The translations under genes were made by a program, and so were the position numbers. Shown here in pieces: positions 26,821-40,500 of a stretch of DNA of 64,000 nucleotides. Within the stretch, counting starts at the first letter, position 1, and every line of letters starts with the position of its first letter. The notes below the pieces were generated by a model, which was not told where the DNA came from, did not search any database, and saw nothing but the letters and a program-made list of their open reading frames with translations. This stretch comes from Bugula neritina (taxonomy: Eukaryota; Animalia; Bryozoa): contig OZ037773.1 in NCBI GenBank assembly GCA_964035545.1, positions 8,523,751 through 8,587,750 of the forward strand, written 5' to 3'.

Positions 26821-29222
26821 ATGTTTAGATCAGCTATTTGTCGGGCATTGGTCGCTGTGAATCAGAGTGTTGTGCCTAATGTCACTAATAGATGTTTAGG
26901 TGAGATTTATTTTTAAAATATATTTCTTTAAACTCCCAAAATCAGCTTTATGTAACTCCAAAGGCAAGTCGAAGTGATCATCGTCATGAAAATCAAAATT
27001 TAAATTAAAGTATCAATATGAATTTCACTCATCAATACAATGACATTAACAATAGGACTATGGGTACAAGTATCGCTATGACTATAGATAATACTATGAG
27101 CTGAAGGAATTATAGTACCATTAAACCTTCTCTTATTCAAATATGGAATAGTTATAATGAAAATTGATATTAAATGCTAAAATAGTCATACTGTCATAGT
27201 CACAGTGAAACTGTAAGTGTAAGTGTAACTCAAAGTGAAAGACAAATTTAAACTGAGGTATTAATAATCATAATGATCATAATAGTATTTAATCGTGAAT
27301 TTTTGCTCCAAAATATTAAATTGATTTTTAATATGAATATATAATCATCATGAAAATTAATATATTTATTATTATTTATTTAATAAATGAATTATTTATA
27401 TTTATTCCTTTATAAGTTATTTCTGCTGGCATTAGTGCTTAGTCATCGACATTAGACTTAGGTTTAACTTGAAGTGTGTTGTTTGCTTTTCTCTTTTGGA
27501 TTTCAAAAATAAAAACGAAATATCTTCTAAAATTAAAATACAAAAACCAATTTAAATTTCTGAATGATACTAGTTACAGTGGACATTGCATTTATCGAAT
27601 GTTTGATTGTTTGCTAATTAGTAATACTAATAAAACAAAATCGATTTTCGTAGGCACCACTGCACACAGGCTCGGAAAGGTAGACACTCGAACAGACGAT
27701 GAAATAGACAAGGAGATCGTCACATACCTTGCCAGAACAGACATCGACAGCTGGCAGCTTAGAAAGACTCTACAAACTATTCACGTATGTGTCAGCTAAT
27801 TGCTGTGTCAGCTAATTATTGTGTCAGCTATTTATTGTGTCTGCTAGTGTAATACAGGGAAATATTTCTGTGGGAATTGACTTTTTTACTACTTGCATCA
27901 CTAAAGCATCTAGTAGTCAAAATGCTATCAAATATCAAATGCTATTGATATTTGTTAAGTTGCAATGTTTTTCCAACTAGTCCTACGACTGCAGGGGTAA
28001 TTACCCCAAAATAAAGTGAACTATTTTTTGCTTTGCCCTCTCCTAATGTTAGCTGATAAAGTACTACTGTGTACCGTCCCAGAGTGGAGCTTGTGCCCGG
28101 TCAGACTAAATGCATATCCTGTTTCAGACGAGAGATGCCATACCAGATCCTAACATCATCACAGCAGTTCTGAAAGCCTGTAGACACCAGAATGATTTCC
28201 CACTAGCTCTTCGATTTCTTGAGACAGTACAGGTGAGCCCCTTTCCTCTGTCGCTTCTACCTGACAATGAGGCTATGGTGTCAGTGGTGTACTTTGCAAT
28301 CAAATCAACATCAGGGCTCCTCTTAAAGCTTACACTTACTATTTATTGCATGTACCTGATAAAAAGTAAATAGTTTTTGAAACTAAAATGTTGAGCGCCT
28401 GTGCTTTTACCATTTTGCGATGAGAAATATTCAGCAGTAGAGATTCTATTGACTCCCAGCTTTATAAGCCAGAGGAAACAGAGTTCTTTTGTCATGAATA
28501 AAATACTTCTTTCTGTTGGAATTCTATTTGTACAGTTCAGTTGATGTAGTTTCAGTTGTCACATCTAGCATCCTGGGTTTAGCTCGGTTTATAGTTCTAA
28601 CACTACTATTAAAACTTATATATTTATTGATAATGCTTTCCTCTGTAGTGTATTTCCTTTTTATAAAGTGTGAAATTATAAAGTGAACTGGTATGCAGTT
28701 ACCTTTGATGTAGAGCTACAGCAAAGGTAACTGCATAAAGTGGCATAATAAGGCAGTGGTTGAATCAATGCCTGTAGCTTATTGCCTTCAGAAAACTGTT
28801 TTTCTTCTCAATAATTTTCTATAGATATATACTGTTTTTTGGCTAAACTTGTGGAGTTGTCTTTCTAATTTACCATTAAACTTGTTGGATGCCGTTTCGA
28901 GCTTTTGGGAGTCGGTTTCTCATCATATGTTAGAACCTTCACATTCATTGCATTGCTGTGGCAGTTGCCTCCCTTATTTGCCCTGTACTTTGAGAAGTTG
29001 TCCTTACATGCTCTTTCACAAAACAATTGATAGTACAAGCAGTCGTCTTCACCTGTCAATGTATTTCTCTTACAGTTGAAATGCGGTCCACACAAGAAAG
29101 TTGTCTGGCCCTGGCTGGTGCAGCAAATTAAGCCTACCTTGGACGACCTGGGTGTTCCAACTCCCGAGGAGATAGGCTATGATAAACCAGAACTCTACCT
29201 AGAGGACGTAATGGACATGTAG
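26821..29222 (+). CDS. COX5A: Cytochrome c oxidase subunit 5A, mitochondrial precursor (~153 aa)
   Basis: Exons 26821-26899, 27654-27784, 28128-28232, 29076-29222. Arg-containing presequence, then DIDSWQLRK, DAIPDPNIITAVLKACRHQNDFPLALRFLETV, IKPTLDDLGVPTPEEIGYDKPE. Confidence 0.95.
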
Positions 29223-31594
29223 AGAACTGCTTGACTCTGTACATTATCCCATCGCCGTCATCTGGTGGAAAATAATATATAAGTTGGGAAATGGTTGCTG
29301 TCAAGTCGATTCAGTTACATTATATCCTATTGTTTCGTTTTTGACGGTGTTACTGTTACCTACAGAGTATATCTTGATGGACTCTATAGTTATATATGTG
29401 GCTTGAAACTGTGGTTATTTTCAAATTGGTATTTAGTTTTATTTAATGATAATAAATTCTTAAAAATTGTCTTATGATTTCTGTGTTTGGTTAAATATTT
29501 TAGTTGCTGCTTTAGTATTGGGTTGAGATGAAAGTCCAACATAATGTTTCCAGCCGATTAGTGTATAAAAGTGGGGATGGGGAAACATACTGCAGGTATA
29601 AAATATCCAAGTATTCAAAGATCCAACACAAAGTCATCACCAACTTGTAAATATATAGAATTCTGAAATCAATATAATATTTCCAGTACCTTAGGCTTTG
29701 GTTTCTTTGATTCTGCTATGCAATGTTGGGTAAATATTTGCTCTAATTGAATCCTGTCAAAAATTCTGCTATAAAAATGTGTGATAGAAAATGAATGTAA
29801 GGTCACCATTCAACAGAAGTCTCTTGACATGAGTTGTGTGAGAAAATATTAAATTCTTTTCTAAAGATGCAGGTTAGCCCTGGGCAGATCATATTCCACG
29901 ATGGGTTTGGCAGTAATGGTATTGTTTTATCTACTCCAATGTTAAATCAAGAGTCAGTGAAAGGTTTGAAAAGCTGAGAATGCGCACTGGTCATGCATCT
30001 AAGCATATTCATAAGGGGACGTGGTGGACAAACAGTTGAATAAAAACTTTAATACAATTTCCTGGCTAGCATGTGCCCCGTCTTGCTGTTGGGATCTCGC
30101 TTTCAGAAGTTTTTGTTTCAACTTAGAAACTCTTCTGCAGGTGAGTTCGAGATTTAGAAGGCAAGCTGAAGTTTATATATAGGTCATGACTTTGTCAATT
30201 TTTTTATAAATAGAGTCCTAAAATTATTTATTGCATGTGCCATTAAATAAAACAGTTACAGCTTTTCAAACGTTGTGTATGTAGTATTAGTATATAGTTT
30301 TATTTTCTTAGTTGTTTATCTCTGCAATTAGAGAGATCTCAGCTCATCCTTGACACTAGAATAAAATATCTAAAGTTTTGGAAGGGTACAGACTAAGACT
30401 AGGGACCAGTCCTCAGGCTAACTTGTCTATCATCCCCCCATCAGGCTCCTCGCACAGCTGCAACATCTAAGGCAGTCTGCAAGTCGTAATGTGAGTGAAA
30501 CACTCTATCAAATATTTCCACAAGTGTCAAAAAATCTTGACCTAATCTGCTTGTTCAAATTAAAGGGAAATTCTTTCCACTCGGAGAGTAGCTTTTGCCT
30601 GTATAAATTCACATAAAACTAATGTAATCAACACCACCAACTGCATGACCTTAATTTACAACACATGTGCAATAGCTTTGTCTGCATGGGAAGTAGTTTC
30701 GACCAATCTTTTTAGAGTAGGGACAAATCGCCGTTTGTCATTGGTCAATGGTGTCGTTAGCCCCACCCTTGTCTAATTGACATGACATTGTTGTACAGGT
30801 GCGTGCAAGGTGTCGGTGCTAGAAAGCTGGGTACAAATTATGAGATCTATTGAATAGGTTGACTGCTGCAAGCCATCATTACTGCTGCTTTGCGCTGAGT
30901 GTATCTGAGAAGTAAGTTGTGTTACTCATCTCCTATTTTTTCTGTTATACAATATTTGTATTGATTGCTTAGTTATATAATGAATGTTTTAAAAACCTGC
31001 TCTAACTCTGTTTTTGAAAAAACTTTTCCTCTTCAAATTACAACCTATTGCTGAAATATTTTATATTTTAAAAACAAAACAAAAGCAATGCAGTTGTTTT
31101 TATTGTTTTATTTTTCACTTGCATATAATTTTTATATTTCTTTATAATGTTATTGTTCAAAGTTACATTACAGCTTATTGTGGTAGTGTACACATGATTC
31201 TTCGTTGCAAAACAACATACCATGTTTTTGTATATGTATATTATACGCAATATAATATATTCATATATCTATTTATGTAATATTATATATACAGTACCTA
31301 TGTATTATATGTAATATTATATATACAGTATATGTTATGTGTAATACAATATAATATACAGGATATATTATGTATAATACAATATATACAGTATATACTG
31401 CCTGTAACATAGTATATTATTAGTAGTATAAGTGTCGTATTATATTATGATTATATTCTTGTAGCCACAGGTCTTCACTCCTTAGACTGAGGTCGGGTAC
31501 AGCAGGCAAGGCAGATCTGTGTGCTCCAAGGCTATAGAGTGCTCCTCCTGCAGACACTCTGCTGTGGATATTTAGAGGACCGTAGCCTTAGGTC

Positions 31595-34500
31595 ATGGTG
31601 TCAATCATGAATCAAATATGGGTGCTATGCTCTGCAGTCCTCATAGTTTCAGCTCACACAGGTGTGTATGCCCTCAGTCAAGGTATATTTTTAGCTACAT
31701 CTGTGTATAGGATTTGATACCCTAACATCATGTGATGCGAGAATAGAACCAATGCTACAAGAAACTCTCTCATCTACTAAACGTTTCAGAAACCAACATT
31801 TACTTAGCTAATGCAAGCTGAGTTTCTCAATGACCTCCATGACATGTCCTGAATTTAGCAAATTTTTAGTTTCTCAGACAAACTTTGAAAGTTTATGGTC
31901 TGCATTTTGTTTGTAATAACTGCTCTGCAAAATGTCATCTGTAGTTGTAATCCTCATAAATATTAGGCAGCTTGTTATTTTGATGCCCTGTCTCTCTGTC
32001 TGTTTGTCCATCGGTGAAAAATGCTCAATAGCACAAACACAGTTTCTACTCATTCTCTGTTCTGGAAATCATTTTGCAGAAATTATCCACCAGTTTCCAT
32101 AATTTGTAATAAAGATTTAAACTAAAGTGTGCTGAAAGGCAGTAGAAAGTTATTTTACACTGCAAGTGTTTAATTCCTGTAATTTTAATTGTAATTGAAA
32201 TCTTGTCAGTTCAAACAATTTTTGTGCAAAAGTATAATTATGACCAAAAAAATGTTGATGTGATACAGTTCCCCTTGTACATTGCACTACAGTCCCACAT
32301 ACATATCACACTACACTATCACACACATTTCACACTACAATATCACACACATCACACTATATAAATTGATTCTATACAGGCAGGCTGTCCCACTTGTCTT
32401 TTGCTCTCAAATAATTAGTACAAAATATGTTTCTCATTAACTACAATTTCCTTAGCAGTGTAACCTGACACTCCAGCCATACGGGGCTTGTTCATACCTT
32501 CCCTACTCAAAGCCTATGCTCATCAAAGATAGCTTAGGCTAAGTGTGAGCTATTGTTCTCTGAATTAAGTGTTAGTGTAGCCAATTAGCGCACAGACTGG
32601 CAATGAGGCCAATATTCTAGGCAGATTGAAACAGTATGCTGTAATTCTACCAGCCTTGTTACTGCGTAACCTTCTAAAGTTACATGATGATACGTAGCAG
32701 CTGCTAGCCCGCATTCCTTTGTTTATAGCTGCTACATATACTGGGAGTTACTTGCTCTCTTCATAATAAGTAAAGAAAAGACAACTCTAAAATTATTTTT
32801 CTTTTTCGATTGACAAACTCAGCTATCAATAGTTTAGTAGTTAACAAGTGTAAATTAAAATAGTTTGTGTGCCTATGTTGCCTGTATTCCTGTGGATGTG
32901 GGCAGTGGTCAAGCTACACACACTTTGTAACAAGCTAGCTTCAGGGAGGCATTCAGTGCTACTTTGAAAGCTTCCAATAGCTTCCACCACCGAGGCAAAG
33001 CTTTTAGCCATCCAAATGCTTTGCAATTCTCTACAAATGTAGTGCTCATATAAGTTTTATCGCAATTCAATAATTCAATTGTTTTTCTTGTAATTTTTTT
33101 TAGTTGTAAAGAGACAGGCACCTTTGCAGGTAAATATTATACCTTTTTTTCAATATTATTTTACATACAAGCTTAGATATATGCTCTCTCTGTCTTATAT
33201 ACTACCCATATGTTATTTTTGTATTATTAGGAATTATCTTCCTTGTCGGTTACTTGCAATTGACAAAATAATGCATTGGCTCCTAGTTTAGCAGATAATT
33301 GTAACTTATAGCTGTGCGACTTATATAGCTGTATTAGTATTTCTGAAGAACCTAAATTTCTGGGTGTTCCTGATATATTACGTTTAACATGTACATAAAT
33401 ATTTCCATCTGATAACTTGATGCTTATTGGTGCAGTTTGATGAACCAACAAAAGGGCAGCAGCTGCCTTTGTCAGTGCCTTCTTTAGATGGCGCTGTTGG
33501 AATGCTGCCAGTAAGTAAGACGAGTGTTGCACTGCTTCTTAGCTGTAGATCAACTCTGTCTGTTTGTCTAGTTTAGCTGTAGATAAACTGTGTCTGTCTG
33601 TATGTCATGCTGTAGATCAACTCTGTCTGTCTGTTTGTTCAGGAGCAGTTAAATTTCAGGACAAATCTATCAGCTTGCATGTGCATCTGCAGAATACATC
33701 AGTTTGTTATGTCTAGCTGCATATATGCTCTGTATAACAGGATGAGTAGCTGTAGATAAACTCTGCCTGCCTTTGCATCTATCTGCATATAAACTCTATA
33801 CTAGTCTGCATGTATAGCAGCAGATAAGCTCTGGTAGTCTGCATGTATATTTATCTGTAGAAAAACTCTGGTAGTCTGCATGTATTTCTATCTGCAGATA
33901 AACTCTGCTTGTCTAACTTGTTGTTTTAAGGAATCTCTTTTTCTCTCAAAATATATTTCAATTTCTTCTCAAATATGGAAGCTAAAATTTAGTTACTGTT
34001 ACTTATTATTTGGCTGAATTTTGTTTTGTACTGTAATCGGTGTAATATTCAACAATTTTATTTAAAACGAGTAGATTTTTAAGCTTCTAGCTACATTTGT
34101 CTATTGTGAAATTATCCTATCATTTACTTTTGCTATGAAGCAATTTCTTGCTATCACTTGGGATAGAAACAATAATCATTTCTATTTGTACATCAAAAAA
34201 CATGGTGGCAGCATTAATTTGCAGTGCTCTGTACCCTGTTAATTAATATTATGGCAGGTATGGTACTGTAATGCCACATTTCAACAGTTAGTGTTGTAGC
34301 AGGTATAGTATTGTAATACCACATAATCTGTAAGTATTAGCTCAGACCTGTGGGCACTCACAATTCATATGTAGGCATATAAATTACTCTTAAATGCTTT
34401 TATATTCTGTAAGTACATAATTGGTTACTTATTGATTTAAGGGTGCTCCCGGACCACGTGGACCAGTAGGTAAAGCTGGAGCACCAGGTCCAGCTGGTTT

Positions 34501-37500
34501 CCAGGGACCTAAAGGACCAGATGGCCCTCCAGGACCAATGGGACCACAAGGTGACATGGGCATGCAGGGTGCTGAAGGACCTCCCGGTAAACAAGGAGAA
34601 CCCGGTAGAGATGGAGAACCTGGCCCAAGGGGTAAGATTTTAGGATTCGGGGAAGTTGGGTGAAAAGTTTGATTTTTGTTTCTTCTGTGCTGAACAATGA
34701 AATACCCACATCAGAAAATACTTTTTTATCAATGTGCGGAATTGTAAAATAGAATTGTTGCGCTTTTAGGACTACCCGGTGTCACTGGAGAACGTGGATC
34801 AGATGGACAGCCCGGTATCTTTGGTGAAAAAGGTCACAGAGGTAACCGAGGACCAAAAGGTGCAGCTGGAGATGTCGGACCTCTCGGAGCTACTGGAGAT
34901 CAGGGTATAATTGGAGCACCTGGACCTGCTGGTGCACCTGGACTTTCGGGACGTGTCGGTGAGAGAGGGCCATCCGGTCCCGTAGGGCTACCTGGTGCAC
35001 AGGGTGCTGATGGACCACCTGGACCTACTGGATCACAAGGTTTGTTACTTTATCAATGAGAAGCCTGCAGTAGATGCTGTCTGTTGTTTTCATAAATCTT
35101 TCATCAACTACTTTATTTAATGTGAGCTGTTTGTGTGCCTTAGGACCACCGGGACCTCCAGGTCAAGTTGGTTTGTCTGGTATTGCTGGAGATCCCGGCA
35201 CACCTGGACCACAAGGACAAGAAGGACCTAGAGGGCCAACTGGAGCTGATGGAGCTGATGGCAAATCTGGACTACAGGGTGCCCCTGGAAACCCTGGCAA
35301 AGATGGTGTTGACGGTAAAGTATATTTCTTAAAACTGTAGACTAACAAATTTTCTGCCTGCCTCCAGTAGAAGATAGCAGCTAGTTGAGAAGTTGTCTTC
35401 CTTTTGTCTTTTTAACATTTTTAAAGTTAAAATATTATTAATTATTTTGAAAAGACACTTCAGGAAGTTAAAAACCATTCACCTTTATATTTTTTTTTTA
35501 TAAATATTAATTGTGAGGAAAACATTCTAAATTCAATTCCAATTATGTGTGTTATGTAGGCAAACCTGGAGATGCTGGAACAGATGGTGCCACTGGCCCA
35601 CGTGGACCCATGGGATTACCTGGACGACCCGGACCCACAGGTCCACTTGGTGAAACTGGAGCCACAGGTTTGACAGGAGAACGTGGAGCACCTGGAGCAC
35701 CAGGTTGGAGTTTTATCTATCATAATAATCAATGATACAGCCTTAGTGAGTATTTCAGTATTTGAGTTGAGTATAAGCAGACGTAGAGCGCTAGCAGACG
35801 TAGAGTAGATGCAGATGTGGAGTGAGATGTAGACATGCAGAGTGTTTTACTTGCTGTTTTACAGGTATTCCCGGAGACATCGGTCTACAGGGTTCCCAGG
35901 GCAGCCCTGGTGTACCTGGAGACAGAGGTAGTACTGGAGAAGCCGGACCACGAGGAGAACCAGGACCAATGGGACCTATCGGACCACCTGGACCCCAAGG
36001 TTTTAGAGTGAGTTTTAGAATTTTTCCGTCGATGACTTATTTCGTTTTGACAATTTTCTAACAAGTATGCAGTGCATATACACTAGCCCTAGGACAGCTT
36101 TATAGATATATTATTCGTTGAGTTGGCTATTCTGAGTAAGTGGCATGATCGAGTCATACTAAGAACTGAATAAGTGACATCACTTTCTGTACATCAGTTC
36201 TCCCAGGACGTAGCGTGATGCCTTTTAATTGTAGTAATCTTACAGTCCCCCTTGCTTATACAATTCTGTTAAAATAGTAAGCTTTAGTTACTGCATAATA
36301 CACCAAGTTAGCTTTGATAGGCATTTTGCTGTGTCTTGAAACAACTACTAACGGTGCTCTCTTACCCTTAGGGTGAGCCTGGCAGAATGGGACAACCTGG
36401 TGCTGAGGGAGAAACTGGATTGCCTGGAGCAGTGGGTGTTGAGGGTCCTAAAGGTCAGAAAGGAGGTCGCGGATCTCCTGGAAACAGAGGGCTCATCGGA
36501 CCAACTGGTGCACCCGGAACTCGAGGTGCTCCTGGAATAGGCGGACAAGAAGGACAAGTTGGAGCTCCAGGTAATGTGAATACTAATTTTTCTGCTATTA
36601 TTTTTACAGCCTTTTCAATGTTGCATTTTATAAAAATTATTTTTTTAATCTTTCAATTTAGTTGAAGCATATTCTATTTTTAGGTATGCCCGGACGTAAT
36701 GGTATGGATGGTTCCCCCGGAGAAGTCGGTGTACCTGGACCTGTCGGTTTGCCAGGACCTGCCGGACAAGATGGTGCTGTTGGGCGACCAGGAGATCGTG
36801 GACCTGTGGGTCCTATGGGAGATGTTGGAGTGCAAGGAATCCCCGGTGAAAATGGTAAAGATGGAGAAGTCGGTGCCCAGGGAGAGCAGGTGACTCTAAA
36901 ATTACTCAATGGATAACCTTTTAGTTTTCATATTTAATGTTAGACAGATCTGTGTTTCAGCAGCAGTCTCAAGAATAATCAGTTAACTGTTCATCTATTG
37001 TACAATCACTCTTTCCATGTCTCATATTCTAAGACATTATATCAACATCTAAACAACTAATGGAGAAGAAATCTGGTTATTCGATTGTAGCAAAAAATTT
37101 AATGATCCTAGTAATGTTACCATAGTCAATGCATACTATGAGATTATGTGATAATGTAACAGACATTCTTGACATTCCCAGGGACCACCAGGGCCACAGG
37201 GGTTGAGAGGAGCACGTGGGGACCGTGGTATTGACGGCCCACAAGGGGTTTCTGGTCCTCAAGGAGAGAGAGGTTTCCAGGGACCACGAGGTCTTCCAGG
37301 TGACCAAGGTGCACCAGGCGTGCCCGGTATCCAAGGTGAACGAGGTGCTCGTGGAGATCGTGGAGTTAAGGGAGACAGAGGTAAGAAAAGCGTACATGAG
37401 AGTTGATGTATGTGGTTGTTGAATCACTTCTATTTACTTGATGTAGCATTATTACGATTTAATCTTTTAGTCCAGCTAAATGCTCATTCTAATAATTCTA

Positions 37501-40500
37501 AAACATTACCCATAATGGATAATGTTTTGAAATTATTAGAAATAACAATTTTAATGTTGGGCTTGTGTTTCAAGTTATGCCGCCGACTCTAGTTGGTGTA
37601 GCCTAAAATTTTATGCATAGCCTATGAACTCTAAATTCTTACTTCGTTATAGACATTTTTCTCTGAACTAAACCACAATATTTTCAAACAACTATCTTGA
37701 ATAGCTGTATCGTTGGGCTATTTGATGTTAACTCCTAGATAGACTAATAGATTTCTAATAATATGTGTGCATTAGGTTTGGATGGACAAGACGGACCTCC
37801 AGGCATTGCTGGTATTGATGGTATTGCTGGACTTCGGGGAGATGACGGAGCAACTGGAGAGAGAGGATCAAGAGGAGAACCAGGTGTTCCCGGATTAGTT
37901 GGACAGCCAGGTCAGTTTAGATTCAACAAAATTCTCTACACTCTTTATGTCGTGATTTTTATGTAATGTGCTATTTATATGTTAAATAAACCTAAAATTT
38001 GTTGCTGTTCTAGAATTTGCTAGCTTATCCTATTCAATCTGTTGCCATTTTAACTTGAAATACATTTTTATGCAATTTTGAGTGGGGCCAAAGCTTTTAA
38101 ATCAGTCTTTTTATTATTTATAGATATTATATATGTTTTATTCATGTTATTATATTATTTTTATACAGGAATTCAAGGTCCACAGGGTGTGAAAGGGCAA
38201 CGTGGACCAACTGGAACCAAGGGAGAGCCTGGCAAACCTGGATTTGATGGTGCACCTGGATCTATTGGTGCTCCAGGATTGTCCGGTAGTCAGGGACCAC
38301 CAGGTGTGAATGACTGACTCATCTCTACCTATACACATACACAATTATATAAATCAAGGTGCTAGTCACTATTTCATACATTGAGTTCATGAAAGTATAA
38401 ATAACATACATTTGATAGGTAAGCCTGGACAACCTGGTGCAACTGGACCAAGAGGATTGGCCGGAGAAGATGGAGCTGAAGGTTTAGAGGGGCTCCCTGG
38501 TGTGCCAGGACCCGCCGGTTTCCCTGGAGATAGAGGAGAACCAGGATCTCAAGGAGCTGTGGGTATCCCCGGACCACCAGGACTTCGTGGTGAACCAGGT
38601 CAACAAGGACCTCGTGGAGATAAGGGTAAGTGCAGACAACTCTCATACTACACCATGCAACAGATTCACATCATATCACATGTGTGTCTGCTTGCCAGCT
38701 GGTGCACATGTTACTGGGTGTCACAGGTAAACAGGGAACTGATGGCGCTGAAGGCGACAGAGGAATAACTGGAGAGAAGGGACAACTTGGACCAGATGGT
38801 GCTCCAGGTATGCCTGGTCTACCAGGTGTTGATGGACTTGATGGAGAAAGAGGTGCACCCGGTAAACCTGGACCTCAAGGCCCAATGGGTCTCCAAGGTT
38901 CCCAGGGTGAGCCTGGAGAGCGCGGACAACCTGGTAGAATGGGAGAAACTGGTATCCAAGGAATGCCCGGTGAAATTGGTTAGTAATTTACGTGTTCAAT
39001 ATCTTCATACTGTTGACTTTATTTAGTATAACTAGCTGTTGTGTGACTCTATTTGGTAAAATATAGAAAAGTGTCAAATTATGAATGTTAACAATAATAG
39101 TATTATTTTATTGTAGAGATACATATCGGGAATGTTTTTTAGACAGCTGTCAGCATATTGTGTTTTTATTTAGCTGACTGTTAAAAAGGTTGTTTGAAAT
39201 ATAGTCTCTTTACATCTTTTTTTACTCAGTATGAATATCTAGCACTGTTTTCTTGTATTTCAGGTAAGATTGGTGACAGAGGTTTGCGTGGTATGCCTGG
39301 TGCTCAGGGGGCTCAGGGTGTTGCAGGACCCACCGGACCACCCGGTCCCTCAGGTTTCCCTGGTGCTGTCGGAGATGTTGGACCTCAAGGTATGTACATT
39401 TCACTAATGTGTTGTACTGTGAGACTTAAGAGATAAACTTTCTGGTTACTTAGTTGAATGTCTGTCACCCAGTTTTTGGGCCTTAGCAGACGTTTCCTGT
39501 TGACTCGGTTAGCAGATGTAACTTGAATTTGGTCACTGCTCTGTTCAATAAATCTTTCTCTGTTCAGGGCCCCAGGGCTCTCAGGGTAGATCTGGCAAAG
39601 ATGGAACTCCAGGAAAAGATGGAGAGATCGGACCTGCTGGACCTGCCGGCCCACCTGGACCACCTGGTTCTGTCGGACCTTCAGGATCTGATGGAAGGTG
39701 AGTTACTAAACTTGTCTAAACTGTGAGTTATAGTAAAGGAAGTAAAACTGTGTCTTTACAAACGTACAGAGAATAACAAAATGTACCACTATTCAGTTCT
39801 CAAGTTACCAAAGTTGTTGAAAGACTATTCATTGACTTTTTGTATCTTCATTTGGTTATAAACATTGAAGCATATAGACCTTTTACCTACACATAGGTGG
39901 TTATAGTGACATATTTGTAAGTACACTTGTAATGTAGATTAAGTTTACTTATCTGTATATTGAATGTAATCGTAGGAGTGGTATGGATGGACTGAATGGT
40001 GCTGACGGACCAGTTGGACAGCCAGGTGTGCAAGGTAACCAAGGACCCATGGGTATGGTGGGTGCACCCGGTAGTGTCGGCCCTGATGGCAAGAAAGGAC
40101 CAGAAGGAGACGTCGTATGTATATATTCTGCCAATCTCTCCATAATCTTCCATGTTGCCAGTTTTACATTCTTTAACTTTGTTTACATGAACTTAGTACT
40201 TGCCTTACACATTTCACGATATCTGAGATATTGCTCAGAGCAAACAAATTATAGTTTTTGTGTGACCCTTGCAGGGCCCAGATGGAATCAGGGGACCACA
40301 GGGAGCCGTCGGTGCACCAGGACCTCAGGGTTCACGTGGTGACTCTGGTGTTAAAGGACTTCAGGGAGAGAAGGGAGATCAAGGAAAGTCTGGAGACAAA
40401 GGTATGTGTGTCTGTCTATAAGATGACCATTACTAACATATTATGTTTGGTTGTTTGATGCTGTAACAGACTTTTGTGGTTCTTAAACTGTTGGCTTGTT

